A DNA stretch of 64,000 nucleotides. It comes from Octopus sinensis. Its lineage: Eukaryota. The notes below the pieces were generated by a model that was not told where the DNA came from, did no database searches, and saw only the letters and a list, made by a program, of their open reading frames with translations. Positions 50,961-63,844 of this stretch are shown here, one piece after another. Each line of letters starts with the position of its first letter. Position 1 is the first letter of the stretch. Both the position numbers and the translations under genes were made by a program. The DNA lies in the NCBI RefSeq assembly GCF_006345805.1, contig NC_043020.1, positions 27,590,001 through 27,654,000 of the forward strand, written 5' to 3'.

Positions 50961-51123
50961 ACCACATCCATTCATGAATTTATTTATTAATTTTTAAATA
51001 CATATTTTTACCTATGAATTTGCGTGTGTAATCTGGGAATGCATACAATGAGCTTCTCTGCCCTAGGTATACGGAAAACACTCGGCGAGAAACGGAAGAA
51101 AATTTGAAAAAAGAAGGAAAAAG

Positions 51124-51172
<49 letters not shown>

Positions 51173-51368
51173 AGGAAATTGGAATAGAGTGCCCAGTAGA
51201 ACTGTTACAAAAGGTTTGCCTCCTTGGCATGGCCAGAATAATCAGGAAAGTATTAGAATGCTGAAACGAACAAATGGCAGGGTACCGTTGACTGAAGGTA
51301 GGAAACCCCCTACGTATGCAAGACTCCAGGAGTTCCAACAAGATTTGCGATAAAAAGAAATGATAATA

Positions 51369-51532
51369 GGCGCAGGAGTGGCTGTGTGGTAAGTAGCTTG
51401 CTACCCAACCACATGGTTCCGGGTTCATTCCCACTGCGTGGCATCTTGAGCAAGTGTCTTCTGCTATAGCCTCGGGCCGACCAAAGCCTTGTGAGTGGAT
51501 TTGGTAGATGGAAACTGAAAGAAGCCTGTCGC
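51369..51532 (+). mobile_element. SINE family C, full head
   Basis: GGCGCAGGAGTGGCTGTGTGGTAAG...GGGTTCATTCCC...GGCATCTTGAGCAAGTGTCTT...GAAAGAAGCCTGTCG. Confidence 0.85.
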
Positions 51533-51545
51533 ATATATATATATA

Positions 51546-53400
51546 GACAAAATATATTTACGCGGTGACTCCGGACACCTACAACAGACTAGCCGATAAC
51601 GCCATCACAGCTAAGTACAAGAAAGTAGACGACGCAGCGCTAACTGAAACCAACTTAGCCGGGAAAGAGATTGCCACCTCCCTTAAAATCGATGACCGAA
51701 CCGAACCCCTGAGGGTGAAGTCCCCACACTTCACCCTGAAAGACCACAAAGACCATTTCGAAAATAAACCGTCGGTCCGTTTGATTAACCCAACCAAGTC
51801 TGACATCGGATCCGTCAGCAAGAAGATCCTGGACAGGATTTTACCAAAAATGCGTGAAGCTTCACCCCTTCCACTCTGGAATAGGACCTCCGAGGCAATA
51901 ACCTGGTTCCGGGATTTATCCGACAAAAGCAACACCCGATTCCTACAACTGGATATCGAGGATTACTACGCCTCCATATCGGAGAGCTTGCTGATCGAGC
52001 GATTAACTTCGCCAGGAGGTCTCCTCCCCATCACTGAGGCCGAGCAGATGTGATCCTCCACGCACGTAAGACTTTTCTTTTCTATGACGGATCCCACTGG
52101 ATCAACAAAAATCTGTGATCCCCTTCGACGTCAGCATGGGTGCTAACGACTCTGCTGAAATAAGTGACCTAGTGGCCCTTTTCATCCTCCATAGGCTGAA
52201 AACCCTATTCACAGGCCTCTCCGTGGTCTTTACCGCGATGACGGCCTTTTCGCCCTCCACAAAATAAACCCAAGACCACGGATGGGTTCCGGAAAAATCT
52301 TTACACCCTCTTTAAAAACTTAGGCCTTAGGATTACCTTAGAATCCAACTTAACAAAAGCTAACTTCCTTGATGTCACCCTCGACTTAAAAACCTCACTT
52401 TATTACCCGTACCACAAACCGAATGAATCCCTTAGATATATAGATATTAATTCCAACCACCCCCAAAATATATTAGATAACCTAGTAAAGTGTCTCAATT
52501 AGAATTTCTAGCCTGTCCGCCACGGAAGATATCTTTAAGGCCGCAGCCCCCTATTACAACGAGGTCCTGGCCCGCAGTGGCTTTAAAGATAAGATTACCT
52601 ATACTACTAGCATAGCCCCACGCCAACCCAGGAAAAATAGACGAAGACACATTAGCTGGTACAACCCCCCCTTCAACCGTGAGGTCGCTACACCTGTAGC
52701 TAAAATCTTCTTCACTCTCCTACAGAAACACTTCCCCACCCAACATAAGTACTACACTATCCTAAATAAGAACACTATTAGACTCTCCTACTCTACCACG
52801 CCCAATCTAGCCAGGAACCTAGCCAACAACAATGTGAAAAAACTTAACATATCTACTTTTTCGAGCCCATCCAACGTCCGATAGCAATTGCAACTGCCCT
52901 GATAAAACCACCTGCCTTCTCAACAACAACTGCCTACAGAGGGACCTAGTATATACATGCGAGGTAAGATCAGGCCCTGACGATAAAAGAAAATCCTACA
53001 TCGGAATGACGTCAAACAGCTTTAAGACCCGTTGGTACGCACACACACACTCGTTCCGGCGACAGGATAAATCCAACCAAACTACCCTCGCCGCCCACAT
53101 CTGGTACCTTAAAAGGAATTCCATCCCCTTCAAGACCAAGTGGAAACTACTACAGAAGGCGCGCTCGTACACAGGAGGTCATACCGGCTGTGACCTCTGC
53201 ATATCGGAGAGTCTAGAGATCTTGTTCGCCAAAGGCCCTCTCCTTAACAAAATCTCAGAACACTCCCCAAATTGCATGCATAAGAAGTATGCGAACTACA
53301 AACTATAGACCTACCCGGCAACCAGATTGATGACACCCCACCCACAAACCCCCCAATCCCACCGTTCCCCTAGCACCCCCGATTACCTTTTCTCCTAAGA
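51546..53400 (+). mobile_element. Penelope-like element 1 (RT + GIY-YIG endonuclease), 5'-truncated, frameshifted
   Basis: FTLKDHK..F.NKPSVRLINPTKSDIG; FLQLDIEDYYASI; SMGANDSAEISDL; LYRDDG (52231-52242); FLDVTLDL; YHKPN; WYNPPFN; LVYTC...YIGMT..FKTRW..H; CDLC..E. Confidence 0.9.
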
Positions 53401-53404
53401 CCTT

Positions 53405-54254
53405 TCACATATTGTATGTGCACGCTTGTATATGTGTATCGTATATATGTATAGAAATGTATGGTATAGTAGGAATATACGCATGTATTATGTGCGTGTG
53501 TGTGTATGTATGTAAAAAAAAAATATATATATATGTATGTGCGTTGTGTGTGTTGTGTGTATATATGTATATATGTGTAATGTATATATGTATATATGTA
53601 TATATGTGTGTATGCATATGTATGTGTATATGTATGTGTGTATGTATGTGTATGTATGTATAAAATATTATATAATTAGGGCTTAGTAAAAAAATTACTT
53701 TGCCACATACTGAACTTTCTAGAATAGCAGCCAAAAAAGTTTTTTAGCCTCTTCCACTACTTAGAGAATATTTTCCCTCAGACATTGTTTACATCAAAAA
53801 ATAATGGTCCTTTTTTTTACTACTGAATACTGGTGAAATTGATTATAACTAATTAACTTTACCCTCAATTGTTGATATATGTATGTGTGTGTATGTATAT
53901 GTATATGTATATGTATATGTACATGTATGTATATGTGTATGTATGTATGTATATGTATATATATATATGTATATGTATGTGTGTGCGTGTGTGTGTGTAT
54001 ATATATATACATATATATGTATGTGTGTGTATATGTGTATTATGTATATATTTTTATATATATATATATGTATATGTATATGTATGTGTGTGTGTATATG
54101 TATATATGTGTATATATATGAGTGTACGCGAGTATGTCGATGTATATGTAGGTATGTAGAGTTATGTGTATGCGCATGTATGTGAGTGTAGATACAAATT
54201 GTAGATGTGTATATGTATGTGTGTGTATATATACATGTATATAGGTATATGTGT

Positions 54255-54296
<42 letters not shown>

Positions 54297-54558
54297 GTGA
54301 GTATGTAGAGATATAAGTATGTGCATGTGTATATATATGTGTGTGTATATATATGTATAGGTATGTGTAATGTGTATGTATGTATATATATTGTGGGTGT
54401 GTATGTATGCATATAGTATGTATGTGTATGTATGTATATGTGTATGTATATATATATGTGTGTAAGTGTGTGTATATATGTATATGTAAGTGGTGTGCGT
54501 GTATGAGTATGTATGTATGTTTGCACACATGTATATGTGTGTGTATGTGGTAATATAG

Positions 54559-54608
<50 letters not shown>

Positions 54609-55272
54609 ATATATATGTATATGTGTGTATATATGTGTGTATGTGTATGTATGTATGTATATATATGCGTGTGTATGTTGTATGTGTATATGTACATGTA
54701 CGTGTACGCTCGTGTGTTTATGTATATGTAGGTACGTAGAGTTATCTATGTTGTATGTATTTGTACATGTGTGTAAGTATGTATATATATATATATATAT
54801 GTGTATGTTTGTGGTGTATGTATATATATATATGTATGTGTATATTGTGTGTGTATGTATGTATATATATATATATATATTATATATATAATATATATAT
54901 ATATATATTATATATGTGTGTGTAAGTTTATATGTATGTATCCGTCTATATAATAGGTAACTGCACGTACATATACTTAATATTTATTATTTATTTTTTG
55001 AGTATGCATGTATGAAATAACTGCGCGTATATATATTTTACTATTTACTTATTTTTTGAGTATGCATGTAAGTATGAATATAAGGAGGCGCGTGTGTGTG
55101 TGTGTGGTATGTGTAAGCATAGATATATGTATACTTTTACGCATGTGTGTACTTATGTGTATATATGGATGCGCGTGTGTGTGTTTGTACGGGTACGCAT
55201 GTACATGTGTATGTGCGTGTATGTGTATATGAGTATGTGTATGTGTGTGCGTATATTTGTATATGTTATGTA

Positions 55273-55320
<48 letters not shown>

Positions 55321-56385
55321 GATGTATGTGTGTGTATGTATGTATGTATATGTATATGCGTATGTGTATGTATTTGTATGTGTATGCATGCGCGTATATA
55401 TATGTATGTATATGTATACGTGTGGGTGTGTGTATGTGTAAAATGTATGTATGTATGGATGTATGGATGTATGTAGGCATGTATACGTATGTATGTGTAT
55501 GTGTGTATATGTATGTATGTGTATTGTGTGTATATATATGTATTATGTGTGGTGTATATATATAATATATATATATATATGTATATTATGTGTTATATAT
55601 GTGAATATATATAATATATTATATATATATATACATGTATGTATTTGTATGTAGGTGTATATGTATGTGTGTGTATTTATATTTATTGGTGTATATGTAT
55701 AGACTAGCCTTCTAAGAGTGTAGACATGAATCTGTAGGTACGCGTACGTATGTGTATATACGTGAATGTATGTAGATGTATGTATGTATGAATATAACGC
55801 GTGCGTGCGTGTATGTAATATGAGTGTACGAATGAGTGAGTGTACGTGCTAAAGAGTGTGCGTGAGTGAATGAGTGCTTGTTTTTCTAGTAGACAGATAA
55901 TGGACTGGCTGTCATAGCCAATGTTTGCGACCATCGGTCAAAGATAACAAAAGTAAAATGAAGATAATAAAATTAAAATTAGGGAATGGTCTGTATTTGT
56001 ATGTGTATATATATGTGTGTATGTGTAGTATGCATAGGTACACATATGTATATATATATATATATATATTATATGTATGTATATGTATGTGTGTGTATAT
56101 GTATGTGTGTATGTGTATATATTGATATATATACTAGTGTGCTGTGTGTGCATGTGTGTGTGGATATGTGTGTGTATGCGTGTATGTGAGTATGTGTGTG
56201 TATTTGTATATATATTTTTCTGTGTGTATATGTATGTGGGTCGTGTGTGTATATATAACATTGTGTATACGTGTATGCATGTGAGTGTGTGATGTATACA
56301 TATATGTGTATGTGTAGATATGTATGTGTGCTTGTATATGTATATATGTTTGTATGTGTGTGTATATATGTATACATATGTGCAT
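53405..56385. repeat. ~3-kb compound (TA)/(TG)/(TATG) microsatellite field
   Basis: Low-complexity dinucleotide and tetranucleotide repeats with short unique islands. Confidence 0.9.
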
Positions 56386-56616
56386 AGGTATAAGTGAGAA
56401 TCCCCTTATTTACCTAAAACTCTATTCCCTTTTTTATATATATATTTTTTTTATTATTTTATTATTTTTTTATTTATTCTTCTATCTAATTTAACACTGA
56501 CTCCTTGACCACTCCCCCAAGTATGATATTTTGCGCTACGCCTACCCCCAAAAGTCCCCCACCCAACACCCCTTTAACCTGCCTAAATGTTAAATGCCAA
56601 TACAATCTTGTTAACT

Positions 56617-56667
56617 AGCTTCCTGAAGATTTCTCTTGAATGAAACAGTTCTAGTCCTGTAGAAGCT
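56617..56667 (+). ncRNA. Type I hammerhead ribozyme motif (family H3)
   Basis: Stem I agcttc/gaagct; CTGAAGA; stem II t-ttc-tctt-gaa-t; GAA; stem III acag/ctgt; predicted cleavage triplet GUA. Confidence 0.65.
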
Positions 56668-56924
56668 CTTCTATATAATAAATTAATTTACTCTGCATGT
56701 ATTGAGTACCTTATTTACTGTGGTTAACCCCGAATCAACCCGGACCTACATATATATATATAATTATATATATATTTCAAAGAGCAATAAAGATTCAAGT
56801 TAATTTAAAAAATTTACTTGAATATGGTACCTAACTTAGATGCAACCAAAAAAAACTATACTGATTTAACAATACAGTAATGTGGGGTGATTATAAGCGA
56901 GAAAGAAGCCAAGAATGGATAGGT

Positions 56925-57014
56925 TTTTAGTACGATCGTTTCATACAAGGACAGGTTTTATTAAAGTTGCAAAGATTACAGCATATAAACGAGTCCCGTA
57001 CTCATCAGCTAAAA
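56925..57014 (-). ncRNA. Type I hammerhead ribozyme in the Penelope pLTR (family H2), intact
   Basis: Stem I ttttag/ctaaaa; CTGATGA; stem II gtac-gggac...gtcc-tt-gtat; GAA; palindromic stem III ACGATCGT; predicted cleavage triplet GUA. Confidence 0.75.
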
Positions 57015-60000
57015 TACATGTAAGTTCTCTAGACATCCTAGTGTTTGAGGCTATACTCATGAAGTAATGTAGATAATTAAACAGATTTCTAAAGTTCATT
57101 AAAGTTCTTTAAAGATGATGTACAGTCTTATCACAGAGTTTTAAAAAAGTTTTGATAGCATCACAGAGAAGGTGACCTAATCCATATGAATTTCCATAGA
57201 TATGATGAGGGATTATATACTCACAGAAGACAAATTTATCCATTGCTAATTACAACGAGGTAGGTCTCAATTCCTGCTTATTAGCATTACAGAGAGGGTG
57301 AATTAATCCTTTGTATATATGCACAGATTCCAATGGTGTAGATGTAAATTTCCAGAGAAATGGAGATGAATTTCATATTCAAAGGCGATAAATTTTACAA
57401 TGGTTGAACACAATGAGGTAGGTATCAATCCTTGTTATATGATTAGGTGTTTGCCATATTAATCACATTACTGCTATTCACAAGGAGGCTGTAGCTATTT
57501 AACTCTTAAAGGCTGAAGGCTTACTAGATCGGCCAAGAAATAGAGAAGGAATAGAAGAAAAGAGAGAAAATAATGGAGGAGGGAGCAAAAGGGGGGGAAA
57601 GGGGACTAAAAGAGAAGAGAAAAGGAAACAGAATAAGAAGAGAAAAAAAAAAAGAGAAAGAGAAAGAAGGGAAAAAAAGAAAAAGAAAAAAGAAAAAAAA
57701 GAGGGTTCTAGTATACAGAAGAGCTATTAGACTGTAAGTCTGGTTTTAATCAACAGGCATCTAGGAGCTAGAGGGGAATATTATTCTTTGACCAGTAAAC
57801 CGTTAATTTATTGCTGTTGAAATCAGCTATGAGTTTAAAGAGAATCTAAAGAGATAACATAGTCAGGGGTTAGGGGTCAGATGCTAAAATCACCAGAAAA
57901 TACATTAGGAAAATCTAAGTATAATCTTATAAAAAATCATTAAGATTTACTTATTTAATTTATTCATTTTATTTTCTTAAGGAGTTGTCGTTATTATTCA
58001 TACATTGACTGACTACAGGTCAAATCTTATAAGATCATTTACAAGGTGTTAGGGGATTGTCTATCATAATGAAGATATCATATTATCACCGAGGAATAGC
58101 CTTATTTATTTAATTATGAATAGAATTATGGGGCTACAGTAACTAATTATAATTATTAGAGTTATGCTATTTAAATTAGATTAAGTTAGGAATTAAAATT
58201 AAATATTACAATTAAGATTTAAAATTAAGAATTTAAAAATTGTGAGTTTGAATTAAATAAAGCCTCAATTAAGTAGCGAATAAGTACTATTCATTTCCCT
58301 GTTCTCAAAAAACTGATGCAGATATAAGGAAAAAGATAAAGATAACTGTAATGTGAGAACTCTTAGTTATCTACTTAAAGCAGTGCTATACTAGTAGAAA
58401 TCAAGTTATATCTATCTATCTAGTTATGAATATTCCAATCATTTAAAATATTTTAAGTCTTCAATTTAGCGTGGACACAAACTTGACCTAGTTCGATATG
58501 GTTATTCAATAAGTTTTTATGTTTACTATGCTTTAGAATTTCGTACGTCCTCCATGGAGCATAGTTGACAACCAACCCTACTATTTTTATACGGAATTGC
58601 TCTCCTAACTATTTCCCAATTAGGGTATAATTTTGTTATTATTTTGAGTTCCCAGATTTTGTTTGAAAGTGTGGTGGTACCAGCTTTATGACGTAATTTA
58701 AAAGTCGAGATGTGATTTCTAACTCTGGCTAAAAAATTAATTGTACAGCCAATGTAAAAATATTTGTTATTCTCCGTGGATATGGTACATTTATAGATTA
58801 CATTATTTTCCCTACATAGACCAGGTGCCGGGCATTTTGATTTTATTCTACACTTACACACAGGAGGAACAACTTCAGGCCTTGGATTATTCCTGGGTAG
58901 ATGTTTAAGGTTCCTATTATTTTGATTATCATTTCTATAGTTGGTGCTGATATCTAAAGTATTGTTATTATTTATTGATCCTTCCGTTTCATCATTTAGG
59001 TGTAAAGTCCTACCAAGATTTCTTATATTATTCGTAATGTTATTATTATTGTTAGTCTTTTTATCCAACTGTATATTATTGTTATAGATATCACTGATAT
59101 TTTCATTCTCCTTATTTTCTCCATTAGCCTTATTTCTATTATTTCTATTATTAAACAATATTACTTCTATTAATATCGCATTGTTATTATTACTATTAAT
59201 GTTAATGTTATTAGTCATTCTGTGGTTACTAATTTCACCTATGTTTTGATAGTTCCTATTGCTGTTTTTATTGTTGGTAGTATTATTGTTATTGCTATTG
59301 GTATTCATTCTGATATTATTATTTTATTTCTATCTTTCCTGGCTAGTTTAATGTTGTTATTATTAATTTTAGCTATTAAGTGGACATATTTGGGAGGGTT
59401 GAATAAGAAATCCTAACTGTTTTCCTAGAAATAATTCTATGATATCTATGAGAGATAGGGAAATTTTTTTCCAGAATCACTTTGAATTTGTTCTGTATAT
59501 CCGATTGTATCGCACAGTTGAAAGGAATATTCAGCCATAATATATCTTTTTTATAAAATTTAGGGTTCGTAGAATTACTACTATTCATCTCACCGGAGTT
59601 ATTGTATTTATTACCATTATTTTTATTTTTATTTGTGTGCATCTTAGGTTTATCTACTTCAATCTTATCCGAGTTACCTATGTTCCGGTCAATGCTTTTA
59701 TTTGAATTGTTGGGCCTGTACTCTAGATTAGCGTTTACCGTTAATTTAATTCTACTTTTATTTCGGGCTTGGTCTTTTTTGCTGCTTACGTGATTACTGA
59801 CAACTTCATTATTAGGAATACGTGAGTTCTCCCTATCAACGAATGTAATCTTTTGGTTGTATCCAGCCTTAGTTAACGCCGCATTATAATGCTCGAATGG
59901 GAGTTAAAGATATCCTTATTGGATGATAATTTTGAAATTCTTAATGAAATATTTCTTACTAAAGATTCTATTATATTGGGGGATGATTTGATAATTTATT

Positions 60001-61026
60001 TACGTATTCGTGACTTCGCCTTCCTTTCTAAATGGGTAATGTAGCTTGGAGTTAAGGTCTAGGGTAATATCTAGGAAATTAACTATTTTAGTGCCCGGTT
60101 CATACGTTATACTGAGGTTGAAATCCTTAAAGAACTTATTAATTTTCTTTCTAATCCTTCTATAACAGATTTATTATTACTAGGGATAACAAACAGAGCA
60201 TCATCCCTATATAGCCCCCCTGTATTTCTGGGATATCCTTGCTTATGCATTTTAATAGATATGCGCCTACTAGGTGGGTTACTCAGCCGAATCACTGGAA
60301 CCCATGGTATATCAAAAAAATTGGTGTATCTGCTCTAGTCCATAATTTATCTTCAAATTCAATAAATGTCTTCCTAGCTAGTAGCACAATATTGATTTCT
60401 TCTCTAGTTATGAGGGAGCGATTCATGGCAATATTAGTGATTTGTTGAGTAAGATAGGGGAAATGCTAGAGTATAACTATTAATATCGACTGAATAAAAG
60501 ACAAACTACTAGTATTAGTTAGAGAGTTAAACCATTTTAGAACTTCGTCGGTACTTAGCCATAGGTTTAAGGGGAGAAGAGGGGTTATTTGGGGTAGAAC
60601 AGTATCCAGGATAGATTTACTAAGTCGGCCAATGTCCGACTTAGTTGGACAGATCAGCCTTCTGAAGGGTTATCCAAGAAGTCCTTTTTTGTGGTCTTTA
60701 AGGTTGATCCTGGGCTCACAGGGTTTAAGTGGCTCCGTTCTATCTGCTAATTTAGTTTCTCCATGATCTCTTCATTTCCATGTTTACTTTTTTCAAATTG
60801 TTCTTAGTTGTAATTTTATACTTGGAGTTTAGTTCTTTCCTAATTAATTTGCTATAAATATCGTAATCAACTCTATACATATTACCCGTTTTATCTGCTG
60901 GTACTAGGATTCCCTGTTTGCACCGGTTGACTGAATAATTCCTAAGGTGTCTTTAGAAATCTGTTTAATTATCTACATTACTTCATGAGTATAGCCTCAC
61001 CTAGGATTCTAGAGAACTTACATGTA

Positions 61027-61116
61027 TTTTAGCTGATGAGTACGGGACTCGTTTATATGCTGTAATCTTTGCAACTTTTATAAAACCTGTCCTTGTATGA
61101 AACGATCGTACAAAAA
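61027..61116 (+). ncRNA. Hammerhead copy in the inverted pLTR, stem I disrupted
   Basis: Same core as 56925-57014, but the 3' strand of stem I reads caaaaa instead of ctaaaa. Confidence 0.6.
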
Positions 61117-61301
61117 CCTATCCATTCTTGTTGCTTCTTTCTCGCGTATATATATATATATATATATAAAATCTTATAATAAAGGGCTAAAGAAGATATT
61201 TCTGAAGCCAATATACTGGTTATCCACTTATAATCCACTTGTTACAGGAAAATTGAACTGAAAGCAGGCAACTAACCTTCAGAAAATATAAATTTCGTTA
61301 T

Positions 61302-61361
61302 CTCTATATTGAATCAATTTCGGAATTAATCCTTTAAAGGATACATTCTTCGTCAGTAGAG
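61302..61361 (-). ncRNA. Type I hammerhead ribozyme motif (H4 copy 1)
   Basis: Stem I ctcta/tagag; CTGACGA; stem II agaat..attcc (A.C at base); GAA; stem III attga-t-tcaat; predicted cleavage triplet AUA. Confidence 0.65.
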
Positions 61362-61793
61362 CTTACGAGGGAATATAAATAAAACACTTACATGCGTTTA
61401 TGGAAAAAGCAGAAGCTAAAAACATAACTACATATAAGTACATCATTTATATCTAAAAATAAAAATTCCTTGGTCAGTCTCAGAAACAATCTGTTGACTT
61501 TTCGCCGCTACATATTGTAGTGGTTACCAGTCCCCTGTAAGCAAGCAGTAATGGGTTTACTACTAACAAATATAGGATGAAGCCCCTTTCTCTACAGAAA
61601 AGAATTCCATCAGGAAGCGTGGCAGTATATTAAAAAAACCTTTACGGTTGAAATATGAACATCTTATAATAAAGGGCTAAAGAAGATATTTCTGAAGCCA
61701 ATATACTGGTTATCCACTTATAATCCACTTGTTACAGGAAAAATTGAACTGACAATCAGGCAACTAACCTTTAGAAAATTTAAATTTCTTCAT

Positions 61794-61850
61794 CTCTATA
61801 CTGAATCAATTTCAGAATTAATCCATAAAGGATACATTCTTCGTCAGTAG
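61794..61850 (-). ncRNA. Type I hammerhead ribozyme motif (H4 copy 2)
   Basis: Stem I cta/tag (short); CTGACGA; stem II agaat/attct; GAA; stem III attga-t-tcagt; predicted cleavage triplet GUA. Confidence 0.55.
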
Positions 61851-61860
61851 GATTATATAT

Positions 61861-61894
<34 letters not shown>

Positions 61895-61901
61895 ATATAT
61901 T

Positions 61902-61957
<56 letters not shown>

Positions 61958-61974
61958 ATGTACATGTATGTGTA

Positions 61975-62195
61975 TATGTTTGTGTGTCTGTGTTTGTCCC
62001 CTTAGCATTGCTTGACAACCGATGCTGTGTTGTTTATATCCACGTCACTTAGCGGTTCGGCAAAGAGAGACCGATAGAATAAGTATTGGGCTTCCAAAGA
62101 ATAAGTCTTGGGGTCGATTTGCTCGACTAAAGGCGGTGCTCCAGCATGTCCCGCAGTCAAAATGACTGAAACAAGTAAAAGAGTAAAAGAGAGAG
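61975..62195 (+). mobile_element. SINE family C 3' module
   Basis: GCTTGACAACCGATGCTG...GCGGTTCGGCAAA...GGCGGTGCTCCAGCATG...GAAACAAGTAAAAGAG. Confidence 0.8.
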
Positions 62196-62238
62196 AGTAA
62201 GAGTATAGTAATAATGACAATAATAATGTTGATAATGG

Positions 62239-62273
<35 letters not shown>

Positions 62274-62520
62274 GAAAAATTTGGGAAATCAGAGCAAGTT
62301 CAAAGTATCAAGGTTAACAATGTACAACAATTATTACGTCATTCTTCCCTCCCCACCCCAACGTTTCCATACATACACATACACATGCACTCCCTCTATC
62401 ACACACACACACATACATGGGCTCATACATTTATAACACAGACTCATACACATATACTCACACTCACACACACATAAGCACATGTTACACACCCACAAAC
62501 ATATACAAATATACCCGGTC

Positions 62521-62571
<51 letters not shown>

Positions 62572-62593
62572 TATATATATATATATATTATAT

Positions 62594-62672
<79 letters not shown>

Positions 62673-62743
62673 TATATATATATATATATATACATACATA
62701 CATATATATATATACACACACACAAAAATGCACACAAACGCAG

Positions 62744-62776
<33 letters not shown>

Positions 62777-63135
62777 CACACACTCACATATACACTCAGA
62801 AACATATACATATAATCACACACACATATACATACATATAAATAATATCTGCTTTTCCTTTCTCCCTATGTCGTGTGTCTCAAGGCCATCCGTCCACCCC
62901 CCTCGATAAAACCACAACAGCAGCAGCAGCAGCGATTATGAAAAACATGGGTTTAGACATGTTCCTCACGCCTATAACACGAACCGATCTACCCGGGGTG
63001 CACTTGACATCAGCGGCACACCATAAACTGTGAAACGTTTTGATACTACTAACAGAGACACGAACCTCTGCATGGTCGTTCGACCTGCTAAAAATAGCAG
63101 CCACAGCTCCCTCAAAACGCACACACTACTTGTGC

Positions 63136-63175
<40 letters not shown>

Positions 63176-63844
63176 GTTATTATTATTATTATTATTGTCT
63201 TTTGAAGACTTTTGTTTTTGGATAATGTACAAATAGGAGTTAATTGCCTGAGTAAAAAAAAATCAAAAAAATCAGCGGCATGGTCATGCATGGAGAGCCT
63301 ATGTTTATATGTCTGTTCGATCAGACAGGATCAAGACAGCAACAGTAACAACAACAACAACAACAACAACAACGAAAATAACTAACAATAGCAACAAAAT
63401 ACAACCAGAACACCAACAGCAACAACAACAACAAAATCAACAACGTCGACAACTCGTTGAACTAAAAAAGGGGAGCCTTTACACGAACGTTTGACCTGCT
63501 AGAAAAAACAACCAAAAACCTACCTCAAATTTACACGTCCCTTTACAACAAACTCTTTAAAAAAATACGTATTGAAATTACAATTTTAGCGGATTTAGAT
63601 ACACTAAACTACTTTTGTTTGAGAATATACCATGAGATGGTCACGAGTGGAGAGCTTTAGGCCTAGATCTTAAAGTGAGTAGACTTAGGAGTGGCGGTTG
63701 TGCTGGTGGGGAAATCCTCAAGCAACATCATGAGATAAATACTTAACAAGAGTAAGTAATTTTGCAAGCCTCTTCTTATCTCTCTTCTGAAATGAATCTG
63801 TTGTTTTATCTTCAATCTATAAACAATATCTTTACGCAACGAAG

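Larger units (their letters stand above)
56775..61145 (-). mobile_element. Penelope-like element 2 with 3' pLTR and inverted 5' pLTR
   Basis: RT remnants from ~60945 downward (PADKTGNMY; NLKDHKK; ICPTKSDIG; LYRDDA at 60200-60211; FLDITLDL; WLNIPFN); GIY-YIG at 58526-58860 (CKC..KCP, VIYKC, FYIGCT, CQLC). ~195-bp inverted repeats at 56897-57094/60951-61145; (TA)n on both flanks. Confidence 0.9.
61171..61850 (-). mobile_element. Retrozyme-like unit: two ~190-bp direct repeats, each with a hammerhead (family H4)
   Basis: 61171-61359 and 61661-61850 are clearly alignable direct repeats flanking a 300-bp unique spacer; (TA)n on both sides. Confidence 0.6.
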
